A DNA stretch of 64,000 nt from Thermoplasmatales archaeon. GTDB lineage: Archaea; Thermoplasmatota; Thermoplasmata; Thermoplasmatales; Thermoplasmataceae. The first letter of the stretch is position 1, and the number at the start of each line of letters is the position of its first letter. Below the pieces are notes generated by a model. That model was not told the origin of the DNA and ran no database searches. It saw nothing but the letters and a program-made list of their open reading frames with translations. The DNA lies in contig DAIDBH010000019.1 of the NCBI GenBank assembly GCA_027310185.1, positions 128,807 to 192,806 on the forward strand, written 5' to 3'. Made by a program: the position numbers and the translations under genes. Positions 19,265-28,721 of this stretch are shown in pieces.

Positions 19265-19929
19265 TGATATTTATGGGAAAAAATGATGATTTTCAGTCCC
19301 TCATTGAGAGTCTTGCATATTACAGGGGTGATTCAGCCAGATCAGAGGGATTAATGAAGAAATTTATTGGATTGTGGTCTTCCTACGGCGATAAAAAATT
19401 CCTCGGTAAAAAGGGTAAGAAAGTGGTGGGAAAGAGTCTTCAGGAATTGTACGTCATGATCGATGTTTCCAGGGAGCATATCGCAGAATTGCAGAATTTG
19501 ATTGATCATATGGAAGATGAAAACGAGGAAATGAACAGGATCAAGAAAATAAGGGCAAAGGATTCCCTGAATGCCGAACTTGTAAAGTTTAATCACATGG
19601 AGGAGAAATACAAATTCATGTCTATGCTTCAGGCAGTGAATGAGTTGATGTCCGCGAAAGATTCAAAGTTCATGAAGAAACTGGATAAAACTCTCAAGAA
19701 TCGCCAGATGATAAGAGAATTCCAGAATTCAATAAAGGAAGAAATCAATGATCACGGAAGAATAATGGAAGATATGGATAATATTGAACTGTATTTCGAA
19801 ACGCTTACTGGAAAAACAGTCAAGCCAGAACCTGAGAGCAAGCTCAACAAACCAGATGAGGTGAGAACTGATTCAGAGAATGAAAAAGATGACAGCGATA
19901 ACGAGGATGAAAACCCGCAGGTGATATGA
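19264..19929 (+). CDS. Coiled-coil protein, possible third ESCRT-III-like subunit
   Basis: 221 aa, helical-looking, basic patch KKFLGKKGKK near the N-terminus, acidic tail; TGATG overlap with the ATPase. Confidence 0.5.
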   Translation: MIFMGKNDDFQSLIESLAYYRGDSARSEGLMKKFIGLWSSYGDKKFLGKKGKKVVGKSLQELYVMIDVSREHIAELQNLIDHMEDENEEMNRIKKIRAKDSLNAELVKFNHMEEKYKFMSMLQAVNELMSAKDSKFMKKLDKTLKNRQMIREFQNSIKEEINDHGRIMEDMDNIELYFETLTGKTVKPEPESKLNKPDEVRTDSENEKDDSDNEDENPQVI

Positions 19930-19930
19930 C

Positions 19931-20533
19931 ATGAGTGTTTTCAACAGAAAAACAAAGGAAGAGCTTGAAGTTGAAACCCAGATGAACATCAAGCTACTCA
20001 AGAAGAAAGCAGAGGATTATGCTGGAAAATGTGATACAATGGCACAGAAATATGACTCCCAGAAGGAGGCTGCAAGAACAATAGGGAATAAGAGCCTTGA
20101 GCAGGCATTTGAGGAAAAGGCTAAAAATTTACGTGTCCAGGCATCGAAAATAAGGTCTTTTGTTCTTATTGTGGATGATATTGGAATGATGAAGGATCAG
20201 TCCGCATTGATGAATAGCTTTGCAGAAACAATGAAGACATATGTAAAAACCATCGGTAAGGGTCAGGCCAATGCACAGTGGATGTCCCAGATGGAATCAC
20301 AGCTTGATAAGGCAGTGGATGAGAGTGAACGTGTGGGCGATCTTTTCGGTGGATTGTTGCAGGACGTTGGTCTTAACCTGAATTTTGAACTTGACTCCAT
20401 AGGTGGAAGAGAGAAGAAACCAGATGCAAACACAAAGAATGAAGAAAAGGTTGAAGAAGTGAATGTTGATGAAATGGAAAAAAAGTTAAGAGATAAACTC
20501 AGGGATCTGGATAAGACAGATGTGAAGGAATAA
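19931..20533 (+). CDS. ESCRT-III/Snf7 (CHMP/CdvB)-like protein with C-terminal MIM1-like motif
   Basis: MSVFNRK leader; KEAARTIGNKSL...AKNLRVQASKI resembles the CHMP helix1-2 hairpin; terminal EKKLRDKLRDL. Confidence 0.7.
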   Translation: MSVFNRKTKEELEVETQMNIKLLKKKAEDYAGKCDTMAQKYDSQKEAARTIGNKSLEQAFEEKAKNLRVQASKIRSFVLIVDDIGMMKDQSALMNSFAETMKTYVKTIGKGQANAQWMSQMESQLDKAVDESERVGDLFGGLLQDVGLNLNFELDSIGGREKKPDANTKNEEKVEEVNVDEMEKKLRDKLRDLDKTDVKE

Positions 20534-20534
20534 T

Positions 20535-21661
20535 ATGCAGGAAACGGAAAGCCTGAAAAGTTATAGAGAAAAACTGGAAAGAATTAAAAAATCAGACAGT
20601 GAGAGAGAGGCGAAGATTTCTAACTGAAAATTCTTGCTGAAGACATAATTACTAATTCGAAGAATAAGGATGACACAGTAAGGATCGAGTTCCTTAAGAT
20701 TGCAGATCAGTGTATCAGTGTTATTGATGGATTCAGGAATAACCCTTCCATAAATATTACTCACAGGGACTCCAGTGCTCAGGAAGGAAAATCATTGACT
20801 GTTAATGATTCTGCTGACTATTTCAGGAGACTCCATCCTGCAATTTCGTCAACATCATTTGAAGATATTGCTGGACTTACGGATGTGAAGAAGATAGTGA
20901 TGAATCAGATCATTAAAGCCAGGGAGAATCAGGAAATAGCCAGGATGTATGGGATTACTGGAAGGAATATTCTCCTGTTCGGTCCACCTGGAACTGGAAA
21001 AACAAGTATTGCGCAGGCAATCTCTAATAAGGTGCAGTATCCAATAGTTACCATAACACCTTCAGACATCCTTGATAATAAATTTGGTGAATTCGAAAAG
21101 AATATAAGATCACTCTTTCAGGGCGCAGTGGCGAACAAACCCGTAATATTATTCTTTGATGAATTTGAATCCCTCGCAACAAGGCGTACGAGCAGTAATT
21201 CTTCATATATGAAACGTGGCGTTCCCGAGATGTTGCGGCAAATGACGGATATAAGGAAGCAGCTTGATGGGAAGATAATGATAATAGCTGCAACAAACAA
21301 CCCCTGGGATGTTGACGATGCCATGCTTAATCCTGAAAGATTTGACACGAAGATATTTGTTCCCCCACCAGATGAAACTGCCAGATCAGAGCTTTTCAGG
21401 ACTTTTCTAAGGGACCTCAAGGTGTCAGATACAATTGATTACGATGAACTTGGACGGAAGTCAGAAGGATTCACTGGAGCAGATATAAAATATATCTGCA
21501 AAAGGGCAGCTGAAGAAGTATTTTCTGAGGTCATCGATAGGAATGAGATCAGAGAGATCAATCAGGACGATATTATGAGGTCGCTGGAAAAAAGTTCCAA
21601 ATCCATAACATCTGATCTTCTTTCAAGGTATTCCCGATTCATGGAAAAATATCACATTTAG
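20535..21661 (+). pseudogene. Second AAA ATPase with N-terminal helical (MIT-like) domain, interrupted by a 1-bp frameshift at ~20623; AAA core (20795-21661) intact
   Basis: The ATG at 20535 follows the previous stop after 1 nt. Its frame ends at TGA 20625, while the -1 frame is open from 20624 into GPPGTGKT / FFDEFE / ATNNPWDVD..MLNPERFD. Confidence 0.75.
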
Positions 21662-21663
21662 CT

Positions 21664-23820
21664 TCATTTTCTTTTCTTCCTGTGTCTAATCATGATTCCA
21701 GCAGCAGCTGATATTAACACTATGCCTATTCCAAATGAGGCAATTATAACTGTGTCATTTTCTGATGTCTTTGGTTCCTTATTTATGGGAATGATGTGGG
21801 AGGTGTTAAAAGAGGAAATTAAGGAAATTGACCCTGACCTGAGATTGCTCACATAGAGTAGTTTGTTTAAGGAGTCATAGCCAATCCTGAATGGGGAGTT
21901 TCCTGCTGGTATTCTACCGACAATTCCATTATTCATGGAATTTACAACTGCAATGGAATTATCGCCCTCATCTGCAATATAGACATAACCATTCTGGGGA
22001 TCGTAGCAAATTCCTTCTGGTTCTGAACCAATGTAAACTTTCTTAATGATCTCATTCGTGGTGGAATTTAACACTACTAAATTTCCAGAATTAAAATTTA
22101 TGACGTATAACTCATTGTTATAAGGATCGCACAGAACACCCTGTGGTCCTGATCCAACGCTAACATTTTTAATAACATTGTTGCTGGAAGTATTTATTAC
22201 CGAAAGACTATCACTGGCAAAATTGCCAGTGTATATGTATTTATTTTCCTCGTCAAACGCTATTGAAAGTGGACTTTTCCCAATATTTAAGTTCGCAATA
22301 ACCTTATTGTCGTTAGAACTAATTATTGAAAGATTATTCGACTTTTCATTTACTACATATATATCATGATTTATAGGATCATAAGATGCCGCTGACGGTC
22401 CAAAGCCTACATTTATGGATAAAACATCAGCCTGAGTAGAAGAATTGATAACAGAAATATTATTAGAGTCGTAGTTTGTGACATATAAATTGTTGTTATA
22501 TTCATCAAAGGTAACTGAGGATGGTCCAACTCCAACGCCAATGCGAGTTGATATGGTGTTTGTTGTAGAATTAATTACATATACAATATTTGAAAATGCA
22601 TCAGAAACGTAATAAAAACCGTTGTACGGATCATAGGTTCCGCCCTGTGGGCCTGACCCGGTACTTATTGATTTTACTACCGATTCAGTTAATGGATTTA
22701 ATATTGATATATTTGCACTATATTCGTTCATGACATAGACCTCGTTGTTGAAAGGGTTGTATGTGACACCATAAGGATTTAACCCAGCATTCACAATTTT
22801 AGTTATAAGGTATGAGGAGGAATTTACAATATATACGTTATCCGAACAGAAGTTAGCAACATAGATCTTCCCATTCCTGGAATTATATGATATACCGAAT
22901 GGGGTAAGGCCAAGAGATATTGTTTTTAATATCTTATTTGAAATGGTACTCACCACACTCATATTGTTTGATTGCTCATTAACGACAAAAAGATTGTGAC
23001 TGCTGGGATCGATAGCCAGTTTTGCTGGACCGTGTCCGACGTTAATCACGAATTCCTCGGTTAGATTTAGATTGTATATTGTTATACTGTTTTTAGCGTA
23101 ATTTGCAACATAAATTTCACTGTTACCAGAATCAAAGGCAACTGCCGAAGGAGAACTGGTGATTATGGTGTCAACAACCTGATTTGTGGTAGCATTAATC
23201 ACAGATAGTGTATTCGAGTATGAGTTTGCAACCAGGATATAATTTTTGGATGGCACATATGTAAGTGAATCTGGTCCACTTCCTACATTTATGGATCTGA
23301 CAACCCGGTTCTCTACAGTATTGATTACTGTTACATTTGCAGAACCTTTGTTAGCAACGTATACATCCGAATTTTTAGAATCAAAGGTGATTGCCTGTGG
23401 TGCATCTCCGACACTGAACCAGTTAACGGGTGAGTTAGTTGTTGAATTCAGGCTTAGTACATTATTTGTACAGCAATTGGTCACATACATTTCCTTGTCA
23501 TAATTGTCAAAGACTGAACAAGTGGGAACTAAACCGTTGTATCCTCCTGAGATATTTCCTTTAGTCAGCTTTTCACTGAATAGGTTCAGAGTGCAATTTA
23601 CCTCACCGGGATTTGTAGAATCTAGTGGAACCCTGGAATCAACCTGAATAGATTTTCCGTAAAGATCCAATCCTGATTGAGCTGGGTTCAAGGACGACAC
23701 ACTCCTATATAAACCAGGATTTTGGTATGATTCTGATATTATTGGAATTATGAAGAGCAATATAAGAAAAATTACTATGGTTCTGAGTATAATATCTCGG
23801 TGCCAAAATGCAATTTTCAT
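21664..23820 (-). CDS. YVTN/YncE beta-propeller surface protein (14 repeats, two 7-bladed propellers)
   Basis: N-terminal signal/TM, 14 VG..P....D......YV.N..S..ISVIN repeats, C-terminal TM followed by RHRKKRK. Confidence 0.9.
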   Translation of the reverse strand: MKIAFWHRDIILRTIVIFLILLFIIPIISESYQNPGLYRSVSSLNPAQSGLDLYGKSIQVDSRVPLDSTNPGEVNCTLNLFSEKLTKGNISGGYNGLVPTCSVFDNYDKEMYVTNCCTNNVLSLNSTTNSPVNWFSVGDAPQAITFDSKNSDVYVANKGSANVTVINTVENRVVRSINVGSGPDSLTYVPSKNYILVANSYSNTLSVINATTNQVVDTIITSSPSAVAFDSGNSEIYVANYAKNSITIYNLNLTEEFVINVGHGPAKLAIDPSSHNLFVVNEQSNNMSVVSTISNKILKTISLGLTPFGISYNSRNGKIYVANFCSDNVYIVNSSSYLITKIVNAGLNPYGVTYNPFNNEVYVMNEYSANISILNPLTESVVKSISTGSGPQGGTYDPYNGFYYVSDAFSNIVYVINSTTNTISTRIGVGVGPSSVTFDEYNNNLYVTNYDSNNISVINSSTQADVLSINVGFGPSAASYDPINHDIYVVNEKSNNLSIISSNDNKVIANLNIGKSPLSIAFDEENKYIYTGNFASDSLSVINTSSNNVIKNVSVGSGPQGVLCDPYNNELYVINFNSGNLVVLNSTTNEIIKKVYIGSEPEGICYDPQNGYVYIADEGDNSIAVVNSMNNGIVGRIPAGNSPFRIGYDSLNKLLYVSNLRSGSISLISSFNTSHIIPINKEPKTSENDTVIIASFGIGIVLISAAAGIMIRHRKKRK

Positions 23821-24074
23821 TCCGGATCTATACCAATTTGTTACTTAATTCTATCCATCTAAGGATTTGATAGGCATAAAAAAAATTGAGTAAAGCACTT
23901 TATCAATAAAATTGTGTTTCGTAAATAAAGTTATAATTTAAATACTAAAATTAGAACTGGTGATGCAAAATAGTATAAAAACCCCATGAATTACAGGTTT
24001 TAAAGATTTTACTAAATATGTTAGTAAGAGGAAACAGATTAAATTTAAATAGGGAATTACAACTAGTAAGCGTT

Positions 24075-25937
24075 ATGAATGACAATTATAGAAAAAGAAA
24101 AATACTGATTGCATTGGGATTAAGTGCCCTTATGATGCTATCCGGGCTATCAGTATTTTCCATGGTAAGCAATGGAAATCACACTAATTTGCTGGGAACA
24201 CCAGCAACTAGTTCGAGTACAAATGGTAATAATAGTACTTTGTATCTTTCACCAGGCGCAACGCCTGAGTTCACTGACAATTTTAATCCATATAACATTT
24301 GGACAGAACCTACAGGTATGATGGGAATGATTTATGAACCCTTATTGCAGGTAAACACGTATAATGGAACAGTTATTCCATGGCTTGCAACTGGCTATTC
24401 ATTCAGTAAAAGTGGTTTATATCTTAACATGACACTAAGGCACAATGTAACTTTCTCCAATGGGCAGCCTTTCAACTCATATGACGTTGTTTATACTTTT
24501 GATATTGCAAAGAAGGCAGTCAATGGCTGGGGGGCAGTTGAGAATATAAGTGCACCAAGTCTCTATTCAGTATCTTTTAAATTTTACACTCCACAAACCA
24601 ACTATCTCTTTTATATCGGATGTACTGCCATTATGCCAACAAATCAGTCATGGGAACAACAGACAACCAGTACTGGAACTCCAGATCCACAGAGTGCTGT
24701 GGTAACTGATCCAATAGGAACTGGGCCATATGTACTTTCTAGCTTCAGCCCACAGAAGGTTGTCCTGGTAAAGAATCCACATTACTGGCAGAAAGGACTA
24801 CCAAGAATAGATAAATTAGTTTATGTTGACTATACAAGTAACAGTGCTCTGAGTCTTGCACTTGCTGAGGGAAAAGTACAATGGGCCTCGGTCTTTGAAC
24901 CCAATGTGACTTCTCTCTTTGTACAAAATAATCCAAAAACTAATCATTACTGGTATCCAGCTGGACAGCCAGTGACTATGATGGTAAATGATCTATCTCC
25001 ATTCTTGAACGAAAGTTATGTCAGACAGGCAATAAGTCTGGCCATAAACAGGACCGCAATATGCCAGATTGGAGAATATGGTTATGAAAAGCCTGCAAAT
25101 GCAGCTAATATACTGCAGCAACAACTTACTTATCTCAACAAGACCAACCTCAACGAAGCTAATGCCCTTTCGCAATTTAATCCATCTAAAGCGCTTTCGT
25201 TGCTTGAAGATCATGGATTTAAACTTAACAGCAAGAAACAACTTGAATACTCAAACGGTACTCTTGTGCCTACCATATCACTGATGTCAGTCGCAGGATA
25301 TTCTGACTGGGATACAGACATAACAATCATTGCCGCAGATCTGCAGGCTATTGGATTAAAAGTTGTTACTACAACACCAACTGCCAGTGATCTAGCTAGT
25401 AACATTGCCGATGGCAACTATCAAATGGCTGTAGATACAGTTTCAGGTATCGGTCCCAACCCATGGTATGATTACAGTGGCTTAGTGGGAAGTGTAACTC
25501 CTATAGGGCAGACAGCATATGTAAATGAGGAGAGATGGAATGCTACAGGCACAGATTTCATGAGTGCTTATGTAAATTTCACCTTAACTGGTAACCTGAC
25601 ACTTCAGGATAAATACACAAATGAAATGGTTAACGTAATGTTAAACCAGATGCCAATAATTCCGCTCGTATATTCTGGAGACTGGTATGAATATGTGAAC
25701 AACACCATAGGAGGATGGCCAAACCAGAACAACTCATTCTGGATCCCAATGCCTTGGTATCCTCACCCATCTGAAGTGGTTGTTCTGCATCTTTACCCGC
25801 TGACAAACGCAAAAGCAATAAAGACAACATCCTTTGTTACCTACGAATATATAGGGGTAGCAATTGTTGTATTAATAGTTGCAGCAGTCGCAGGAGTTAC
25901 ATTAGTCAACAAAAGGCAGAAGAAAAGAAATGATTAA
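24075..25937 (+). CDS. ABC transporter substrate-binding protein (family 5, Opp/Dpp-type, probably oligosaccharide)
   Basis: Signal peptide, NFNP, IYEPLL, PWLA, FSNGQPF...DVVYTF, PIGTGPY; C-terminal membrane anchor. Confidence 0.9.
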   Translation: MNDNYRKRKILIALGLSALMMLSGLSVFSMVSNGNHTNLLGTPATSSSTNGNNSTLYLSPGATPEFTDNFNPYNIWTEPTGMMGMIYEPLLQVNTYNGTVIPWLATGYSFSKSGLYLNMTLRHNVTFSNGQPFNSYDVVYTFDIAKKAVNGWGAVENISAPSLYSVSFKFYTPQTNYLFYIGCTAIMPTNQSWEQQTTSTGTPDPQSAVVTDPIGTGPYVLSSFSPQKVVLVKNPHYWQKGLPRIDKLVYVDYTSNSALSLALAEGKVQWASVFEPNVTSLFVQNNPKTNHYWYPAGQPVTMMVNDLSPFLNESYVRQAISLAINRTAICQIGEYGYEKPANAANILQQQLTYLNKTNLNEANALSQFNPSKALSLLEDHGFKLNSKKQLEYSNGTLVPTISLMSVAGYSDWDTDITIIAADLQAIGLKVVTTTPTASDLASNIADGNYQMAVDTVSGIGPNPWYDYSGLVGSVTPIGQTAYVNEERWNATGTDFMSAYVNFTLTGNLTLQDKYTNEMVNVMLNQMPIIPLVYSGDWYEYVNNTIGGWPNQNNSFWIPMPWYPHPSEVVVLHLYPLTNAKAIKTTSFVTYEYIGVAIVVLIVAAVAGVTLVNKRQKKRND

Positions 25938-25955
25938 ACATCATTTCCTTCCCTG

Positions 25956-26972
25956 GTGATTTTAACGGCTATACCTGTAAAATATATTATTAAACGACTT
26001 ATAATTTTTGTAAGTGTATTTTTTGGAGCTCTCACTTTAAACTTTGTATTACCACGATTGATGCCAGGAGATCCCGCTGAAATCGTTTATGAAGATTTGT
26101 TGAAAGACTCTGGAGGCACGATCAATATTGCATATCTACACCAGCTAGAAGCTGAATATGGAATTTCAACCAGTAAGCCAATTTATTTGCAATATATTTC
26201 TTATCTTAATGACCTATTTCATGGCAATCTTGGTATTTCAATATCCTTTTATCCCGATCCAGTTTCATCAATATTAGCTGAAGCATTACCATGGACTTTA
26301 TTCCTGGTAATATCTGCGGTCACTATTTCATTCTTCATCGGTAACAGGCTCGGTAGATATGCTGGTATCAATAGGAATACTGGAAAAGACCTGATAATTG
26401 ATTTATTCTCCATGTTCATGGCGGCTTTTCCTGCTTTCGTTCTTGCATTTATTATGCTTGACATATTCTCCGTATATGGAAAGTTATTCCCTATTGGTGG
26501 AGCATACTCCGAATCTGTGAACATGGGTTTCAATATCCCATTCATTATCAGTACATTGTATCACGCAGTCCTGCCTGTAGCAACCATAATCCTGACGTCA
26601 CTAGGCGGATGGGTTCTTGGCATGAGGAATAACATTATACCAAACGTGAATAGTGATTATATCAGCTTCTCCCAGAATTTAGGTATGAAGGATTACCAGA
26701 TAAAAAGCATTGCTTACAGGAATGCCCTTTTGCCAAATCTAACCGGCTTCTCCATGTCAATAGGATTATCTGTAAGCGGTGTTATTATTGAGGAATCCAT
26801 ATTCTCTTACCCTGGAGTTGGAATGTACATGATTACGGCCATAGATAACCTTGATTATCCTTTGTTGCAGGGAATATTCCTAATGGTGATAATTGCAGTT
26901 CTTGTTGGAAATCTGATTGTGGATATTCTACTGGGATTCCTTGACCCAAGAATAAAGCAGGAAGGTGAGTAA
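25956..26972 (+). CDS. Opp/Dpp ABC permease (OppB-like)
   Basis: RLMPGDPA, GNLGIS, RNALLP, ESIFSYPGVG and DYPLLQG. Confidence 0.92.
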   Translation: MILTAIPVKYIIKRLIIFVSVFFGALTLNFVLPRLMPGDPAEIVYEDLLKDSGGTINIAYLHQLEAEYGISTSKPIYLQYISYLNDLFHGNLGISISFYPDPVSSILAEALPWTLFLVISAVTISFFIGNRLGRYAGINRNTGKDLIIDLFSMFMAAFPAFVLAFIMLDIFSVYGKLFPIGGAYSESVNMGFNIPFIISTLYHAVLPVATIILTSLGGWVLGMRNNIIPNVNSDYISFSQNLGMKDYQIKSIAYRNALLPNLTGFSMSIGLSVSGVIIEESIFSYPGVGMYMITAIDNLDYPLLQGIFLMVIIAVLVGNLIVDILLGFLDPRIKQEGE

Positions 26973-27927
26973 TATTCAGGAAAATAAGACGAAAGAGGGA
27001 ATAATTTCCAATCTTAGAGAAAACAGGGCATTTGATATACTATTGAAACTCATCAAGCCTCTTGGAGTACTTCTTCAAAATAATAAGGCAAAGGCAGGCT
27101 TTATTCTATTGCTTTCCATAATCATCTTTGCAGTAATAGGTATTTTTTATACTCCTTACCCTCCTAATGCCTATCTATTCAAAAAAAGTATTCCGCCATC
27201 GTACACCCACCTTCTTGGTACAACAGGGTATGGTCAGGACGTGTTCTCGCAACTCATAGGAGGTGCAGCTCCCACGCTGCTTATTGGGTTTTCAGTTGGC
27301 ATACTTGGAACACTAATATCAGTTTTCGTTGGAGTTTTATCTGGATTTGCATCGAAGGGAGCTAACGAGGTAATCAATGCCATAGTGAATGTGTTCCTGG
27401 TTATCCCAGGTGTACTACTTATCATGCTCTTTGGAGCATACTTCCTGGGAATTCATCAGAACCTTGGATATTTTCCTACCATTCTAATTCTTGTCGTAAC
27501 AGGCTGGGCATTTGGGGCGAGGACCTTCAGATCTGTGACTCTTTCTGTTGCGAAGAGAGATTATATCCTATCTTCCATCCTTATTGGCGAAAAGAAAATG
27601 AGCATTATTTTCAGGCAAATTATCAAATCAATAATGCCTGTAATTGTATCAAATTTCTTCTTCACAGCCATGTATGGTACCATGGGACTCACATTTGTTG
27701 AATATCTTGGTGTCGGTAACTTGCAGCAGGTTAACTGGGGAACGATGCTTTACTGGGCAATAAATAATGAGGCATACTTGGTTGGGGAATGGTGGTGGAT
27801 ATTGCCTCCGGCAATCCTTATTGCAGTGTTGATGTTTTCATTTATATTACTAAACTTTGGAATGGATGAAATCGCAAATCCAGCGTTGAGAGTTTTCAAG
27901 ATCAAGAAAAATAAGGTGAAAACATGA
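26965..27927 (+). CDS. Opp/Dpp ABC permease (OppC-like)
   Basis: HLLGTTGYGQDVFSQL, WGTML and WWWILPP. Confidence 0.92.
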   Translation: MSNIQENKTKEGIISNLRENRAFDILLKLIKPLGVLLQNNKAKAGFILLLSIIIFAVIGIFYTPYPPNAYLFKKSIPPSYTHLLGTTGYGQDVFSQLIGGAAPTLLIGFSVGILGTLISVFVGVLSGFASKGANEVINAIVNVFLVIPGVLLIMLFGAYFLGIHQNLGYFPTILILVVTGWAFGARTFRSVTLSVAKRDYILSSILIGEKKMSIIFRQIIKSIMPVIVSNFFFTAMYGTMGLTFVEYLGVGNLQQVNWGTMLYWAINNEAYLVGEWWWILPPAILIAVLMFSFILLNFGMDEIANPALRVFKIKKNKVKT

Positions 27928-28721
27928 GTTTGCTTACAATTCAGGATGTTACAAAGGAATTTACAGTCAGGAAGAGTCTTACAAAAGGGGATATAGTCAG
28001 AGCACTGGATGATGTGACTTTGGAATTGAGAGAAAAGGAGCTTCTGGGTATAGTAGGAGCGAGTGGAAGCGGTAAGAGTACGCTGGCCAGGTTAATGGTA
28101 CTATTATACAGACCCACATCAGGAAAGATTATTTTTGATAATGAGGATGTTTCAGGGTTCAAGGGTAAAAGACTTAAGAATTACAGGAAAAATATACAGA
28201 TGGTATTTCAGGACCCATATGCATCACTTGATCCATTCCACAATGTGGAGTGGCATATAAAGAGACCACTGTTAATAAATCATTACAAGGGAAACGTGAA
28301 CGATAGGGTCCAGGAACTCCTGACGCAGGTAAAACTTGATCCACCTTCCCAGTTCCTTGACAAGTTCCCTCATCAGATTTCCGGGGGACAGAGACAGAGA
28401 GTATACATGGCCAGGGCACTGGCAACTGAACCTAAAGTTCTGATTGCTGATGAGCCTGTGTCCATGCTTGATGTTTCTTTGAGGATCGAAATACTTGAAC
28501 TCCTCCTTTCTCTGAGGGAAAATCTGGGAATAAGTATCATTTATATAACTCATGATCTCAACACAGTCAGCATGATCACTGACAGGATATATGTTCTCAA
28601 TAAGGGAAAAGTTGTAGAATCTGGAGACACAAAACAGGTAATTGAAAATCCCGTTGACGAGTATACGAGAAGGTTGATAAAGGCTGCCCCAGATCCATTC
28701 AAGAAAATCGAGGTGGACTGA
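27924..28721 (+). CDS. Opp/Dpp ABC ATP-binding subunit (OppF-like)
   Basis: GASGSGKST, QMVFQDP, ISGGQRQR and IADEPVSMLD. Confidence 0.93.
   Translation: MSLLTIQDVTKEFTVRKSLTKGDIVRALDDVTLELREKELLGIVGASGSGKSTLARLMVLLYRPTSGKIIFDNEDVSGFKGKRLKNYRKNIQMVFQDPYASLDPFHNVEWHIKRPLLINHYKGNVNDRVQELLTQVKLDPPSQFLDKFPHQISGGQRQRVYMARALATEPKVLIADEPVSMLDVSLRIEILELLLSLRENLGISIIYITHDLNTVSMITDRIYVLNKGKVVESGDTKQVIENPVDEYTRRLIKAAPDPFKKIEVD

Noticed and set aside
20601-20609. (GA)n tract as a phase-variation switch for the second ATPase
   Set aside because: Deleting one GA unit enters the correct frame but meets TAA at 20621-20623, so it cannot restore the gene.
20615-20630. Programmed -1 ribosomal frameshift
   Set aside because: The shift is confined to TAACTGA between two stops. 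There is no X XXY YYZ slippery heptamer and no plausible tRNA re-pairing.
17463-21661. Calling the operon the canonical cdvABC division system or CDC48/VAT
   Set aside because: There is no CdvA-like gene, each ATPase has a single AAA domain, and the gene order differs from cdvABC.
21664-23820. Periodic repeats as a CRISPR array or DNA tandem repeat
   Set aside because: The periodicity is at protein level (YVTN blades) with diverged DNA. No CRISPR array or cas gene was seen anywhere in the window.
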